From assembly GCA_963666275.2 (NCBI GenBank), contig CAXXOA010000002.1, positions 1,472,001 through 1,536,000 of the forward strand: a stretch of DNA of 64,000 nucleotides, read 5' to 3'. Below, piece after piece: positions 53,441 through 62,792 of the stretch. The notes beneath the pieces were generated by a model that saw nothing but the letters and a program-made list of their open reading frames with translations, did not search any database and was not told where the DNA came from. The translations under genes and the position numbers were made by a program. Each line of letters starts with the position of its first letter. The stretch's first letter is position 1. Source of the stretch: Oceanispirochaeta sp. GTDB lineage: Bacteria; Spirochaetota; Spirochaetia; DSM-2461.

Positions 53441-56400
53441 ATGCGTCAGGTAAATAAAGCACTTTTATCTTTACTAATCTCATTACTTCTTGTCAGTGCA
53501 TTCAGTTTTTTTGCATTTACCGGATTCTTTTCCTATCTGGAAACGCAATACTTCAGTCAGCGAATCATTGAGAACCAGTTAAACCGCGTCAGAATAAATC
53601 ATACCCTTGTTAATGAATATCATGAAAATAATTTTCAACGCTTACAGAACATTCTGGATCTGAATTATATAAAAAATGTATACGATCCCACACAGGAAAG
53701 AGCAGATATTATCGATCGAACGAATTTGTTTGGAAGATTGCAGGATGAACTGGTCGGTTTTCAGTCTGTTAAGATTATTGATACTCAGGGAGTGGCCATA
53801 CTTTTCAGTACTGCCCAGACAGATATCAGAGATAGAAGCGATGAAAGAATCTTTTTCCGCCTGTGGAATACAAGTCCGGATTATATTGAAACCTTTCCTC
53901 TGATGCAGTCAGAAGAAGAGAATCCAAGATACTTTTATGATGCAGAGAATAAACGTATACTCTACCTTTTTCCGGCTGTTGATCAATATGGTCTGTTCCG
54001 GGGGACAGCCATTTTCTATTTTTCAGTCAATGGCATTCAGGACTATCTCTTCCGTAATGCGGGTATATCCGGAATCGATAGATTGCGGCTCCTTGATACA
54101 AATACTTTACTCTTTTCCCTATCCGATTCACAGGCTGATGTTCTACAGTCAAATCTGTCTCAGTTCCGTGACAATGCCGGCTCCGGGGACTATATTCAGA
54201 GAATAGCCAATGATGGAGTCGAAGACTATTATCTATCTCAAACAGTTCATGAGGATGGAAGTATATCCATTCTTTCCATACCCGGTCGGGATCTAGTCTT
54301 TTCGTTTGAATATAGGATCCTTTTACTATCAGCCCTGTTTGTATCTTTTTTTCTTATGCTTTTTCTGCTCTTCAATTTAAAACAGGATGAAGAGCTTCGG
54401 ATCAAACAGAAAATAAAAAAATTCCAGCTCTCCTTTTTAAAGGAACTCCTTGATTCCAGTGATGAACCGGACTGGGATTCTTATGAAATAGAGTTCAAAT
54501 CCAGAAAAGATGAAATTAAAAAGGAACTGCTTAAAGGTCACTCTGACAAATTTAAGAAAGAGAATAAAGAGAAGATCGATGCTCTGATTGATGCCCGCTG
54601 GGATGAAATCATTGATGTCATTAAAAGCCGGCAGAGCCGTCAGGAAGATGAACCTCGATTTTCCATTAGTGACCTTGAAAAAATGATCAAATCGGCTTTG
54701 GCTGATGCCCATTTCACAATAGAAAATGCAGATGTTAAAAATCTCTCCTCTCTCCCTGTGCAAAAGGAAAGAACTCCGGACAGGAAAGCACTTCAGCCGG
54801 TCGATGTAGAAGAACTGGGTGAAGATGATCTGGAAGAACTGGAAGAGCTTGATGAAGCCGAAGAGCTTGATGAACTGGAAGAGCTTGATGAACTGGAAGA
54901 GCTTGATGAAGCCGAAGAGCTGGACGAAGCCGAAGAGCTGGACGAAGCCGAAGAGCTGGACGAAGCCGAAGAGCTGGACGAAGCTGAAGAGCTGGACGAA
55001 GCCGAAGAACTGGATGAAGCCGATGAACTGGATGAAGCCGATATACTGGACGATACCGAAGAGCTGGACGAAGCCTTAGAGCTGGACGAAGCCGAAGAGC
55101 TGGACGAAGTAGAAGAAGACCGTTCTTCTGAAGGCTCAGATGTTCCGAGGGATGGAATCTCCACTATCCCTATGGATGATTTTGATGAAAATGACTATAA
55201 CGGCATTTCCGATGATATTCCTCAATTAGAATCTCTACAGGATTTGAAACCAATGGATGTTGTTCCAGAGGCTTCAATACTGGACCTGGATGCACAGGAA
55301 TATCTTTCGGACAAAGACGAAATCCTGGTTGACTTGGATGAAGTAGGAACTGAATTTAATCTAGACAGTTTAATTGATTCTATGGATGTTGACGAAATAT
55401 CAAAGAATCTTGAAGAACGGTATAACAACTATATTGAAGCTGAAGAAGAGGATCTTGAAGAGCTGCCTGTTTACTCAGGCTATGATTCGATCCTTCCTGA
55501 AGAGGAGGAAGAGATCCTGCCTGTTCTGGATCTCTTTCAGGACATGACTGATTGTGAACTGATCGAAATAGAGAATAGTACCACTCTGGATTTCTTCAGC
55601 ATGGACAGGATAAATCCCTATAATTTAAATTATGGGGCAATTGAACAGAACATGCAGGAGCTGGAGAAAGTTGCAGAGCCTATCCTTGTTTCCTCAGGGG
55701 GAATGGGTCTTGAAGAAAGAAATCTTACTGATCGGAGTCTTCAGGAGATGGAAAGTCTTATTGAACTTGATATAATCAGCCCCACAGAGGAATTTACAGT
55801 AAGGAAAAGCAGTGTTACTGTCCAGGATTCTGATAATTTAAAAGGTTTCGTTGATGGCAGAGGTGCTGGTTCTATGAGTAATGATGCAGAAATTGTGAAT
55901 GAAGATCAGGATATACCTGAAAATACCTCTCAGCAGGATGAAACGTCCCCCGGAAATATAGAAAGTGTTGATGATGACAATCTCTTTGAAAATAGCGAAA
56001 CTCTGAACGCATCTGAAGATCTCAAGACCTTGGAAGTTTTTGAAGATGTAGAATCTCTGGAAGATTTTGACGAAGAGGAAGATCTGGATGAACTGGAGGA
56101 GCTCGACGACGTAGAAGATCTGGATGAACTGGAGGAGCTCGATGAAGAGGAAGATCTGGATGAACTGGAAGAGCTCGATGAAGAGGAAGATCTGGAGGAG
56201 CTTGACGACGTAGAGGATCTGGAAGAGTTCGACGAAGTCGAAAATGCGCTGATTGAGATCCCTTTTGAGCAATTTATGGAAATTTCCGGTCTCCCCCTGT
56301 CAGCCGATGCCAGATCGCTTGCAGAGGAAGAGTCTTCATTAACCGAGCCCGAGTCCTATGAGAAAGCAACTGACGGTATCAGCGGGCTGATTCAGACACT

Positions 56401-56899
56401 TACTGATGATCTCCTGCCTCTTGGGGATGATCTGGACGAGCGTGAGTTTGGCGCTGTTCCCTCGGAGCATGGAAATGTAGTCCTGGATAAGCAGGGTATT
56501 GATTTTGATTTTTTCAGGAATTCCTATAAGGATGGTTCTATGGGGCTTTTAAAAGCCTTGAGAGATCTTACCAGAGAGTTTGATGCTCTTTGCGGGATTC
56601 TGTATCAGGTCGAGGGGGGATCCGTAACACCTGTTCATTCTATTGGAATCAATGAAGACGGAGTCAATGATCTGAAAGGTCAAAAACAGGCAGCAGTTGC
56701 CGGAGAATTCCTGGATGTCACCAAGGTCGTCTACCTCCGTGATCGAAATAATTCGGATCTTTCTGAATATCTGAGTCATAGTGATTTCTCTCTTTTTAAT
56801 GCCGGGGTTTTCATTCCTCTTAAATCCAGCCGTAAATTCGATTTTATTTATCTGGGATTCAAAGACGCGAAGTCCTGCTTTCTTGAAAAGCTGATTTAA
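53441..56899 (+). CDS. Large membrane protein: TM, Cache-like periplasmic domain, TM, very acidic repeat region, GAF-like C-terminus
   Basis: Long ORF with two hydrophobic segments and D/E-rich tandem repeats; start set at ATG 53441. Domain calls are by eye. Confidence 0.75.
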   Translation: MRQVNKALLSLLISLLLVSAFSFFAFTGFFSYLETQYFSQRIIENQLNRVRINHTLVNEYHENNFQRLQNILDLNYIKNVYDPTQERADIIDRTNLFGRLQDELVGFQSVKIIDTQGVAILFSTAQTDIRDRSDERIFFRLWNTSPDYIETFPLMQSEEENPRYFYDAENKRILYLFPAVDQYGLFRGTAIFYFSVNGIQDYLFRNAGISGIDRLRLLDTNTLLFSLSDSQADVLQSNLSQFRDNAGSGDYIQRIANDGVEDYYLSQTVHEDGSISILSIPGRDLVFSFEYRILLLSALFVSFFLMLFLLFNLKQDEELRIKQKIKKFQLSFLKELLDSSDEPDWDSYEIEFKSRKDEIKKELLKGHSDKFKKENKEKIDALIDARWDEIIDVIKSRQSRQEDEPRFSISDLEKMIKSALADAHFTIENADVKNLSSLPVQKERTPDRKALQPVDVEELGEDDLEELEELDEAEELDELEELDELEELDEAEELDEAEELDEAEELDEAEELDEAEELDEAEELDEADELDEADILDDTEELDEALELDEAEELDEVEEDRSSEGSDVPRDGISTIPMDDFDENDYNGISDDIPQLESLQDLKPMDVVPEASILDLDAQEYLSDKDEILVDLDEVGTEFNLDSLIDSMDVDEISKNLEERYNNYIEAEEEDLEELPVYSGYDSILPEEEEEILPVLDLFQDMTDCELIEIENSTTLDFFSMDRINPYNLNYGAIEQNMQELEKVAEPILVSSGGMGLEERNLTDRSLQEMESLIELDIISPTEEFTVRKSSVTVQDSDNLKGFVDGRGAGSMSNDAEIVNEDQDIPENTSQQDETSPGNIESVDDDNLFENSETLNASEDLKTLEVFEDVESLEDFDEEEDLDELEELDDVEDLDELEELDEEEDLDELEELDEEEDLEELDDVEDLEEFDEVENALIEIPFEQFMEISGLPLSADARSLAEEESSLTEPESYEKATDGISGLIQTLTDDLLPLGDDLDEREFGAVPSEHGNVVLDKQGIDFDFFRNSYKDGSMGLLKALRDLTREFDALCGILYQVEGGSVTPVHSIGINEDGVNDLKGQKQAAVAGEFLDVTKVVYLRDRNNSDLSEYLSHSDFSLFNAGVFIPLKSSRKFDFIYLGFKDAKSCFLEKLI
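54842..55111 (+). repeat. In-frame 18-bp tandem repeat x15 encoding (EELDEA)n
   Basis: GAAGAGCTGGACGAAGCC and variants. Confidence 0.97.
56060..56239 (+). repeat. Second in-frame acidic repeat (EDLDEL-EELDEE/EELDDV, 36-bp higher-order unit)
   Basis: GAAGATCTGGATGAACTGGAGGAGCTCGA recurs with a 36-bp period. Confidence 0.9.
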
Positions 56900-56959
56900 G
56901 ATATGCTTCTCATGGCCGGCACCGGAATTCTGTAGATTATTTCCTTAAAATGCTTTGAC

Positions 56960-56987
56960 TTGACAAATGGGTAGTTACTTATATAAT
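56960..56987 (+). promoter_or_regulatory. Sigma70 promoter for rny
   Basis: TTGACA-16 bp-TATAAT (consensus hexamers). Confidence 0.8.
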
Positions 56988-57017
56988 CAATAACATATTG
57001 TAAGATTAGGGGGAGAC

Positions 57018-58547
57018 ATGACGACTGTCTATTGGATCGCTTTACCCCTCGTCGGAATTTTATTAGGTTGGACAATAAGATGGCTTTATGCCAGATATCA
57101 GCTCTCTTCTTCGGAGCAGAAATCATTAAGACTGAAACAAGATGCCGTAAAGGAAGCAGAACAGGAAAAGAAAAGTATCCTACTTGAAGCTCAAAACCAG
57201 ATTATGAAAGAACGTCGCCAGCTGGAACGGGAAAACCGTGACAGACGGAATGAAGTTCAGAAGTATGAAAGGCGCGTTCAGCAGAAAGAGGATAACCTTG
57301 ATAAGAAAACTGCTACTCTTGAAAAGAAACTTTCTTCCATTTCAGAAGTGGAAGCGGGTCTTGAATCGAGAGAGGCAAAAATTGCAGAAGAAGAAACCCG
57401 CTGGCAGGCGGAGCTGGAGAAGATCTCCGGTCTAACCAAAGACGAGGCAAAAAAGTTAATAATACAAAGTTTAGAAAATGAGGCCAAACACGATGCTCAG
57501 GCTCTTGTCAACAAGATTGAACAGGAAGCCAATTTAACAGCAGAGAAGAAGGCGCGAGACATTATTATAACCACTATCCAGAGGTTGGCTACAGATGTCA
57601 GTACAGAGATTACTGTTACTTCTGTCAGTCTGCCCAATGACGAAATGAAAGGAAGGATTATCGGCCGGGAAGGTCGGAATATCAGAACCCTGGAGACGTT
57701 GACAGGTGTGGATATCATCATTGATGATACTCCCGAAGCTGTTGTTATCTCCTGTTTTGATCCTATCAGAAAAGTCATTGCCAAGATTGCTCTGGAAAGG
57801 TTGATTGCTGATGGACGGATTCATCCCGCCAGGATTGAGGAAGTTGTTCAGAAAGTAACAAAAGAGATTAGCCAGACTATTTATGAAGAAGGGGAAAAAA
57901 TCCTTTTTGACCTTGGTATTCATAATATCAGACCGGAAGGAATCAGGGCTCTCGGTAGACTCCATTTCAGAACCAGTTATGGTCAGAATGTTCTGTCTCA
58001 CTCGAAAGAGGTTGCTGTTATTGCCGGTATGATCGCTGCAGAAGTCGGTGCAGACAGAGAAATTGCCAAACGCGGAGCTCTGCTCCATGATATTGGTAAA
58101 GGACTTGAAACCGACGGTGATGGAAACCATGCTGAACTGGGAGCTGAACTCTGTAAAAGGATGAATGAGGATCCCCGTGTTATCAATGCTGTGGCCGCCC
58201 ATCATAATGATGTGGAAATCAATTCGATTGAAGGCATCATCGTTCAGGTAGCCGATGCTATATCGGCCGCAAGACCCGGTGCCAGAAGAGAGACCCTTGA
58301 TAACTACATAAAACGACTGGAAAATCTTGAAAAGATTGCCATGAGTTTTGAAGGTGTTGAAAAGGTTTTTGCAATACAGGCTGGTAGAGAATTGAGAATA
58401 ATGGTCAACAATGACAGAATTGACGATCAGAAAGCTCAGTTGCTGGCAAAAGATATCGCCAAAAAAATTGAAAATGAACTGAAGTATCCCGGACGAATCC
58501 GAGTTACTATCATTCGTGAAACCAGGGCAGTAGAATACGCCCGTTAG
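57018..58547 (+). CDS. rny: Ribonuclease Y
   Basis: N-terminal TM, coiled coil, KH ([13 protein letters not shown]), HD (LLHDIGK), [13 protein letters not shown]. Confidence 0.98.
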   Translation: MTTVYWIALPLVGILLGWTIRWLYARYQLSSSEQKSLRLKQDAVKEAEQEKKSILLEAQNQIMKERRQLERENRDRRNEVQKYERRVQQKEDNLDKKTATLEKKLSSISEVEAGLESREAKIAEEETRWQAELEKISGLTKDEAKKLIIQSLENEAKHDAQALVNKIEQEANLTAEKKARDIIITTIQRLATDVSTEITVTSVSLPNDEMKGRIIGREGRNIRTLETLTGVDIIIDDTPEAVVISCFDPIRKVIAKIALERLIADGRIHPARIEEVVQKVTKEISQTIYEEGEKILFDLGIHNIRPEGIRALGRLHFRTSYGQNVLSHSKEVAVIAGMIAAEVGADREIAKRGALLHDIGKGLETDGDGNHAELGAELCKRMNEDPRVINAVAAHHNDVEINSIEGIIVQVADAISAARPGARRETLDNYIKRLENLEKIAMSFEGVEKVFAIQAGRELRIMVNNDRIDDQKAQLLAKDIAKKIENELKYPGRIRVTIIRETRAVEYAR

Positions 58548-58556
58548 GAAGTTGCT

Positions 58557-59345
58557 TTGGCAGGTAAAAAACGCGCCCTTATTCTGGGAGATATCGTTGG
58601 TTCTCCCGGAAGCAGGGCGCTTTTCTTTGGACTTAAAAAATACATAAAAGATTACAGAGCCGATATCGTTGTTGTTAATGGTGAAAATGCCGCAGACGGC
58701 TTCGGGATGAACCCTGAGGATGTGAGTCGACTTTTTTCATCCGGTGTGGATGTCATAACAACCGGGAATCATATCTGGCAGAGAAAAGAGATATATCCCG
58801 TACTGGATACGGAAGAGTTCCTTCTCCGGCCGGCCAATTATCCCCCCGGAGTCCCGGGACATGGTTACTGTCTGATTCAGAAAGGCGATGTTGCCTATGG
58901 GGTCATCAACCTTCTGGGACGGTCCCGGATGGGATTCAGCGGAGAGTGTCCTTTCCGTACCGGTAAAAAGCTTGTACAGCAGCTGTCGGGGAAAGCGGAC
59001 TTTATTCTGATTGATTTTCATGCGGAAGATCCTCTGGAAAAAGAAGCCCTTGCTTTTCATCTTGACGGGGCCGCCAGTATTGTTTACGGGACCCATACTC
59101 ATATACAGACAGCTGATGAGAGGATCTTTCCCGGTGGGACAGGTTATATCACAGACATCGGGATGGTAGGTCCCGGTCATAGTGTTATAGGCTCTGATCC
59201 CGAGCAGTCAATAAAGCGGAGCATCTCCCAGCTTCCGATTAAAATGGAAGTTATTGACAATGTACCTCTGGTCTGCGGTCTGCTTGTTGAAATGGAAAAC
59301 GGAAAAACTGTTTCTATCGAGAGGATTCGAGTTCAGGGAATTTGA
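58557..59345 (+). CDS. ymdB: YmdB-like (TIGR00282) metallophosphoesterase
   Basis: GDIVG, NGEN, GNH, DFHAE, GTHTH; directly downstream of rny. Confidence 0.93.
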   Translation: MAGKKRALILGDIVGSPGSRALFFGLKKYIKDYRADIVVVNGENAADGFGMNPEDVSRLFSSGVDVITTGNHIWQRKEIYPVLDTEEFLLRPANYPPGVPGHGYCLIQKGDVAYGVINLLGRSRMGFSGECPFRTGKKLVQQLSGKADFILIDFHAEDPLEKEALAFHLDGAASIVYGTHTHIQTADERIFPGGTGYITDIGMVGPGHSVIGSDPEQSIKRSISQLPIKMEVIDNVPLVCGLLVEMENGKTVSIERIRVQGI

Positions 59346-59348
59346 GCT

Positions 59349-60149
59349 ATGAAAAAGATCCCTTTGTTTCAGAAAGTGCAGGAGGAATTTCCCGATTACC
59401 CTCCCAAGGAACTTTATGCCATGATCCTCTGCGGCGAAGTCATCACCGCCGGGCAGGTTCTGAAAAATCCCAAAGAGAGAGTTTCTGCTGATTCGGCCAT
59501 TCAGATCAGGACAAAAAAGTATGTCTCCCGGGGGGGGCTGAAGCTGGAGAAAGCGCTCAAGCTCTGGAATCCTTCCCTGGAAGGAAAGATAATCCTTGAT
59601 GCGGGCTGTTCTACCGGGGGGTTTACGGACTGTCTTCTACAGCACGGCGCCTCTTCTGTTTATGCCGTGGATGTGGGATTTAATCAGCTGGACTACTCCC
59701 TGAGAACTAATCCCGCAGTCCGGGTTATGGAAAAAACAAATATTATGCATCTGGATGTTCTGGATCCCCAGCCGGACTGGGCGGTGGCAGACCTCTCTTT
59801 CAGGAGTATCCGTTCCGCCGCATCAAAGATCATCGGCCTGACCCGGGATAAATTCCTTATATCACTTATTAAGCCTCAGTTTGAATGGAAGAATCCGGAC
59901 AGTGATTTTCAGGGTGTGATAAAGGATCCCCGGAGAATCAGTGACATTGCACTGGAGGTGATGGAAGAACTCCGGGAAGAGGGGGCCTATGTTCTTAAAG
60001 CCGCCGCTTCTCCCGTACCGGGAAGGAAAGGGAACAGAGAACTGCTTTTCTGGATATCCACGGATGAAAAACTGAGCTACCCCGATATGAGAGATCTTCA
60101 GAGTCAGATACTGAGAGATCTTGAGGCCTCCTCTCAGGGAAGTGACTGA
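59349..60149 (+). CDS. tlyA: TlyA-family rRNA 2'-O-methyltransferase
   Basis: YVSRGGLKL, DAGCSTGGFTD, LIKPQFE, GNRE. Confidence 0.95.
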   Translation: MKKIPLFQKVQEEFPDYPPKELYAMILCGEVITAGQVLKNPKERVSADSAIQIRTKKYVSRGGLKLEKALKLWNPSLEGKIILDAGCSTGGFTDCLLQHGASSVYAVDVGFNQLDYSLRTNPAVRVMEKTNIMHLDVLDPQPDWAVADLSFRSIRSAASKIIGLTRDKFLISLIKPQFEWKNPDSDFQGVIKDPRRISDIALEVMEELREEGAYVLKAAASPVPGRKGNRELLFWISTDEKLSYPDMRDLQSQILRDLEASSQGSD

Positions 60150-60952
60150 AAGCTTTCTCTGGACAGGGGCTCTCCTACAAACATACCTTCACCTCCCAGG
60201 TATTCCTTCTGGGAGCCTTCAATGAGAATCTGTACCTGATCTATATTTGAAAACTCCGTCGCCGTATAGACAATCTGTTTCAGCTGGGCTATGTAGCCTT
60301 CCCGGCCCAGAGAATTGAACCTGAAGGCTTCATTGAAGTTCAGATAGGCTGTATTGCCTTCCACTCTGGCCGAGAGCAGTCTGGTTCCGTCGGGAACCAG
60401 AGTCAGTGATCCCTTATTGATTTCATCTGATGACGGCCCTTTGAGGAGGGTGTTGATTGTCTGTGTGAGAGGGGAGCCTGTATGGGTTATGTCCCTGGTT
60501 AAGCCTTTGAGGGTTATCTGGCCCTCCGTATTGACTTTGACAAAAAACAGCCTGGCTTCCCTTGTTCTGTTTTCCTTGTCAGTCTCTTCTTCAGCTGCCG
60601 GGGGCTCTAGGGTTTTTTCCGGTTCCGGTACCGTTGGAATGACTGCTGCTTCTGGTATGGGCTCTTCTTCCGGTACAAGCCTCTGAACATCGGGAAGAGA
60701 GCTGTCTTCCCTGGATACTGCAGTGGGGTTCTGCCAGAACTGAATTCGGCGGGGCTGAAAAAACAGAAATACAAGAACTCCCATAAAGAGTATAACCAGA
60801 ACAAGGAGTGTAATCGTCACTGCCTGGGCCGGTTTGAGCTTTTCTTTGGTCACGGGCTGTTTTTCCGGTTTCTTTTTGGGAGAAGGGGTTTCCTTTTTTT
60901 GTCCGGTACTCATCTTTCTGAATTCTTTGGGTCTTTCTTCCTGCTTTTTCAT
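60134..60952 (-). CDS. GerMN-domain membrane protein
   Basis: Basic N-terminus, single TM, Pro/Glu linker, LLKGPS...QIVYTATEF...VQILIEG. Confidence 0.85.
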   Translation of the reverse strand: MKKQEERPKEFRKMSTGQKKETPSPKKKPEKQPVTKEKLKPAQAVTITLLVLVILFMGVLVFLFFQPRRIQFWQNPTAVSREDSSLPDVQRLVPEEEPIPEAAVIPTVPEPEKTLEPPAAEEETDKENRTREARLFFVKVNTEGQITLKGLTRDITHTGSPLTQTINTLLKGPSSDEINKGSLTLVPDGTRLLSARVEGNTAYLNFNEAFRFNSLGREGYIAQLKQIVYTATEFSNIDQVQILIEGSQKEYLGGEGMFVGEPLSRESFQSLP

Positions 60953-61012
60953 ACATGTTGATTATCGGATTATATAGAGTTTATGTATAGGGAAAACATG
61001 GAGCGCACAAGT

Positions 61013-61041
61013 TTGACAGCAGATTGAAAGTTGCGTATTAT
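61013..61041 (+). promoter_or_regulatory. Sigma70 promoter immediately upstream of ptsI
   Basis: TTGACA-17 bp-TATTAT. Confidence 0.75.
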
Positions 61042-61049
61042 TAGAGCAA

Positions 61050-62792
61050 ATGAAAGAGTTCCATGGAATTTCCGCTTCTCCGGGAATCGTCATATCCAAG
61101 GCGTACTTATACAACGAAGAGAATTTCTCTGTTCCCCGTTATCAGATTAGCGAGGAAGATATTGAACATGAAATTGTCCGATATAAAAAAGCTATCCGTA
61201 TAGCAGCAGAAGAACTCAATCAGTTGAAAGACAAGATTACGGAAGAACATAGTGAGGATGAAGCGCGATTCCTTGATTCTCATTTACTGATGCTCCATGA
61301 TCCGATTTTTACAGATCAGATATATGAAAAGCTGAGACATGCAAAAACTAATATAGAATGGGTTGTTCAGAATGTTGTGAACGATCTGGTCGCCAGGCTT
61401 AATGCTTCGCCCGATCTCTACCTTCGCGAGCGCTCAATGGATATCGATGATGTATCCAAGCGGGTGATTAACCATCTGATGTTCCGGGAGAGGATCTCCC
61501 TGGCTGATATTTCTTCAGAGGTTGTTCTGGTTACGCCTGATCTGCTCCCTTCTGACACCCTGCTGATGAATAAAAGGATGGTTACCGGGATTGTTATGGA
61601 TGCGGGGGGAAGAACTTCCCATACAGCCATCCTGGCCCGTTCCTTCGGGATCCCCGCAGTTCTGGGGCTCCGGGATATAACCAAAGAGGTTAATAACAGC
61701 GATACCCTGATCGTCGACGGGCTGAGAGGAAAGGTTATTCTCGATCCTGATGAGGAGACCCGGGATAAATATCTGCGAATGCAGATGGACTATATGAAAC
61801 GGGAGTCGGAGCTTATCAATCTGAGCACCCTTCCCTCGGAAACCCAGGACGGGAAAAAGATCCTGCTGAAAGCCAACATTGAAATTGCTGAGGAGCTGGA
61901 GTCTGTTCATGCCTACAATGCCGAAGGCATAGGCTTGTTCCGCAGTGAATTCCTTGTGATGCAGCCCGGGCAGGAACAGGACGAGGAAAATCAGTATATA
62001 GCCTATAAAAAGATCCTGGAAGGCATGAATGGAGCTCCCGTCACCATCAGGACACTGGATGTGGGCGGCGATAAACTGATAAACGAAATTGCTCAGAAAG
62101 AAGAAAAAAATCCCCTCCTGGGATGGCGGGCCATTCGGTTCTGTCTGGAGCGGACTGATATCTTCAAGGTGCAGCTCAGGGCTCTTCTGCGGGCATCCGT
62201 CTACGGGCATCTCAGGATCATGTTTCCCATGATTTCGGGGATTGAAGAACTGGAGAAAGCTCATGACGTTCTGGATGAAGTAAAAAGGGAATTGACCTCT
62301 CAGGGTATTGCCTTTGCAGAGCATATTCCTGTAGGATGCATGATCGAAGTCCCCTCGGCGGCCCTGACCTCTGACATCCTGGCCAGAAAAGCGGACTTCT
62401 TTTCAATTGGAACGAATGACCTTATTCAGTATACAATCGCTGTAGACCGGGGCAATGAAAAAATCTCGAATATGTATGAACCCTTTCATCCGGCTGTCCT
62501 CAGACTGATCAAGATGGTGGTGCAAAACGGCCACAATGCAGGCATTCCTGTCGGTATGTGCGGAGAGATGGCAGGAGATCCTGTCGCCGCAGTCATACTT
62601 CTGGGCCTGGGGCTGGATGAATTGAGTATGAGCCCTTTCAGCGTACCTGAAATAAAAAGGATTATCCGTGCCGCCACGATCCTGGAAGCGGAGGAATTCC
62701 TGGGAACCCTTGCCGAGATGAGGAGTTTCAAGGATATCGACCGTTATGTCCGGGAATGGATGGAGGAACGATTTGACATTATCACAGGATAA
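61050..62792 (+). CDS. ptsI: PTS enzyme I (PEP-protein phosphotransferase)
   Basis: GGRTSHTAILAR phospho-His, GIGLFRSE, SIGTNDLIQY, GMCGEMAG. Confidence 0.98.
   Translation: MKEFHGISASPGIVISKAYLYNEENFSVPRYQISEEDIEHEIVRYKKAIRIAAEELNQLKDKITEEHSEDEARFLDSHLLMLHDPIFTDQIYEKLRHAKTNIEWVVQNVVNDLVARLNASPDLYLRERSMDIDDVSKRVINHLMFRERISLADISSEVVLVTPDLLPSDTLLMNKRMVTGIVMDAGGRTSHTAILARSFGIPAVLGLRDITKEVNNSDTLIVDGLRGKVILDPDEETRDKYLRMQMDYMKRESELINLSTLPSETQDGKKILLKANIEIAEELESVHAYNAEGIGLFRSEFLVMQPGQEQDEENQYIAYKKILEGMNGAPVTIRTLDVGGDKLINEIAQKEEKNPLLGWRAIRFCLERTDIFKVQLRALLRASVYGHLRIMFPMISGIEELEKAHDVLDEVKRELTSQGIAFAEHIPVGCMIEVPSAALTSDILARKADFFSIGTNDLIQYTIAVDRGNEKISNMYEPFHPAVLRLIKMVVQNGHNAGIPVGMCGEMAGDPVAAVILLGLGLDELSMSPFSVPEIKRIIRAATILEAEEFLGTLAEMRSFKDIDRYVREWMEERFDIITG

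Noticed and set aside
54793..55164. Poly-Ser ORF (-) and the WTKPKS-repeat ORF (+, 54819-55079)
   Set aside because: Alternative-frame shadows of the (EELDEA)n repeat.
60960..60992. Sigma28 promoters suggested by CCGATAA (upstream of the GerMN gene; similar at 12613 and 53373)
   Set aside because: The -10 matches but no properly spaced TAAA -35 is present, so it cannot be supported.
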